This document shows, in pieces, positions 62,579 to 64,000 of a stretch of DNA of 64,000 bases. Position 1 is the first letter of the stretch; every line of letters starts with the position of its first letter. Position numbers and translations under genes: made by a program. The notes beneath the pieces are model-generated. The model saw only the letters and a list, made by a program, of their open reading frames with translations, made no database searches and had not been told where the DNA came from. The stretch is from Octopus bimaculoides (lineage: Eukaryota): NCBI RefSeq assembly GCF_001194135.2, contig NC_068983.1, forward strand, positions 73,283,153 through 73,347,152, written 5' to 3'.

Positions 62579-62871
62579 ATGGAGGAAAATTGATTTCTTA
62601 CCATGCCTTATAATAATAATGATGAGAAAGTCATAAAAATTAAGAATTTCTATTTTAAAAAAACCCTTCATTTCTATAATATATATACTCATGGTCCACG
62701 GTTAGGTAAGTTTCATAGAGTTAGGCAATTTAGACCTTAATGCTAGGCAAATTGGGACTTAATATACATAATACAGAAATTTAAGTTTTTTTGATAAAAA
62801 ATCTTAATTTTTATGACTTTCTCATCATTATTATTATTATAAGACATGGTAGGAAATCAATTTTCCACCAT
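62579..62871. mobile_element. Foldback MITE, about 290 bp, with ~67-bp TIRs
   Basis: 62579-62645 vs 62802-62871 are inverted, with 3 substitutions and one AAT-unit indel. No clear TSD beyond a possible AT. Confidence 0.8.
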
Positions 62872-62887
62872 ACTCTCTCTCTCTCTC

Positions 62888-63290
62888 TTTTTACCCTTTT
62901 ACTTGTTTCAGTCATTTGACTGCGGTTATGCTGGAGTACCGCCTTTGGTCGAGCAAATCGACCGCAGGACTTATTCTTTGTAAGCCTAGTACTTATTCTA
63001 TCGGCCCCTTTTGCCGAACCGCTAACTTACGGGGACGTAAACACACCAGCATCGGTTGTCAAGCGATGTTGGGTGGACAAACACAGACACCCAAACACAC
63101 ACACATATATATACATATACATATATACGTCGGGCTTCTTTCAGTTTCCGTCTACCAAATCCACTCACAAGGCTTTGGTCATCTTTAGGCTATAGTAGAT
63201 AACACTTGCTCAAGGTGCCACGCAATGGGATTGAACCCGGAACCATGTGGTTGGTAAGCAAGCTACTTACCACACAACCACTCTTGCGCC
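62888..63290 (-). mobile_element. SINE family A, full length, young
   Basis: Near-identical to 60001-60398. Confidence 0.92.
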
Positions 63291-63714
63291 TATGTGTAAT
63301 ATTTTTTAAGGGTGGGATGTAAAAAAGGAGGTCTTTCTGTGTTCATTTCTTGACCATCAGTGTAGGTTTGTTTACGTCCCATAATATAGCGTGTCGGCAA
63401 AAAAGAGAACTATTTCCTAGAACAAGTACCAGACTTAAAATAGGCCTAGGGAGTTTAAATTAAATTCTTTAATGCTTTGCCCCAAGTAAAAAAAAAAAAG
63501 CCTTTACGTGGTAGATCGATCTGCTAGAAATAGCAGTCTAATATCTTTTAAATCACATCTTACATAAAGATAGGGTACGTTGTATAGTCATTTAAAATAT
63601 TACTCTTTTACTTTGCGGCCATGCTAGAGCACCACTTTTAGTCGAACTGATCGACCCCAGGACTCATTCTTTATACGCCTAGTACTTATTCTATCAGTTT
63701 CTTTGGTTAATATA

Positions 63715-63744
<30 letters not shown>

Positions 63745-63753
<9 letters not shown>

Positions 63754-64000
63754 TAAGTAGCTTGCTTACGAACCACATGGTTCCGGGTTCAGTCCCACTT
63801 GGGCAAGTGTCTTCTACTATAGCCTCGGGCCGACCAAAGCCTTATGAGTGGATTTGGTAGACGGAAACTGAAANNNNNNNNNNTACTATAGCCTCGGGCC
63901 GACCAAAGCCTTATGAGTGGATTTGGTAGACGGAAACTGAAAGAAGCCCGTCGTATATATGTGTATATATATATATGTATGTATGTGTGTGTGTATATAT
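63745..64000 (+). mobile_element. SINE family A, 5' half, with a gap-flanking duplication; continues beyond the window
   Basis: TGTGTGGTAAGTAGCTTGCTTACG...GGGTTCAGTCCCAC. 63815-63873 is repeated at 63884-63942 across a 10-N gap. Confidence 0.88.

Noticed and set aside
63815-63942. 59-bp perfect direct duplication
   Set aside because: The two copies flank a 10-N gap exactly, which is an unmerged contig overlap artefact.
1-64000. CRISPR arrays, rRNA genes, prokaryotic operons, LTR retrotransposons
   Set aside because: No regularly spaced repeat-spacer arrays, rRNA-like sequence, gene-dense segments or paired LTR/PBS structures were seen.

Overview
Eukaryotic, AT-rich, microsatellite-saturated genomic DNA with eight N gaps. 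The repeat landscape resembles an octopus (coleoid cephalopod) draft assembly; this is recognised from memory of the SINE families, not from a search. I recognise no host protein-coding exon, rRNA, true tRNA gene or CRISPR array, so the window looks intergenic or intronic. Almost all long ORFs in the track are microsatellite or N-gap artefacts. Recognisable coding remnants are all transposon-derived. (1) A 5'-truncated Penelope-like retroelement (2501-~5700) with RT, an unusual ~190-codon Asn-rich in-frame linker, GIY-YIG endonuclease and a structurally complete minimal hammerhead ribozyme at 5601-5654. (2) A decayed Tc1 DD34E transposon (~10580-11805). (3) A full-length 2402-bp Tigger/pogo element with 23-bp TIRs and TA TSDs (43698-46099). 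(4) 3' fragments of R4/Dong-like, HERO-like and RTE LINEs. (5) A mariner deletion derivative. There are at least four tRNA-derived SINE families (labelled A-D here) with shuffled modules, and several MITEs. Two related GGATCT-ended MITEs with 8-bp TSDs (Merlin-like) are present, and one carries an internal TTAGGG tract. The most interesting signals are four hammerhead-like motifs (5601, 17378, 30367, 32969) and the telomere-repeat-carrying MITE family.
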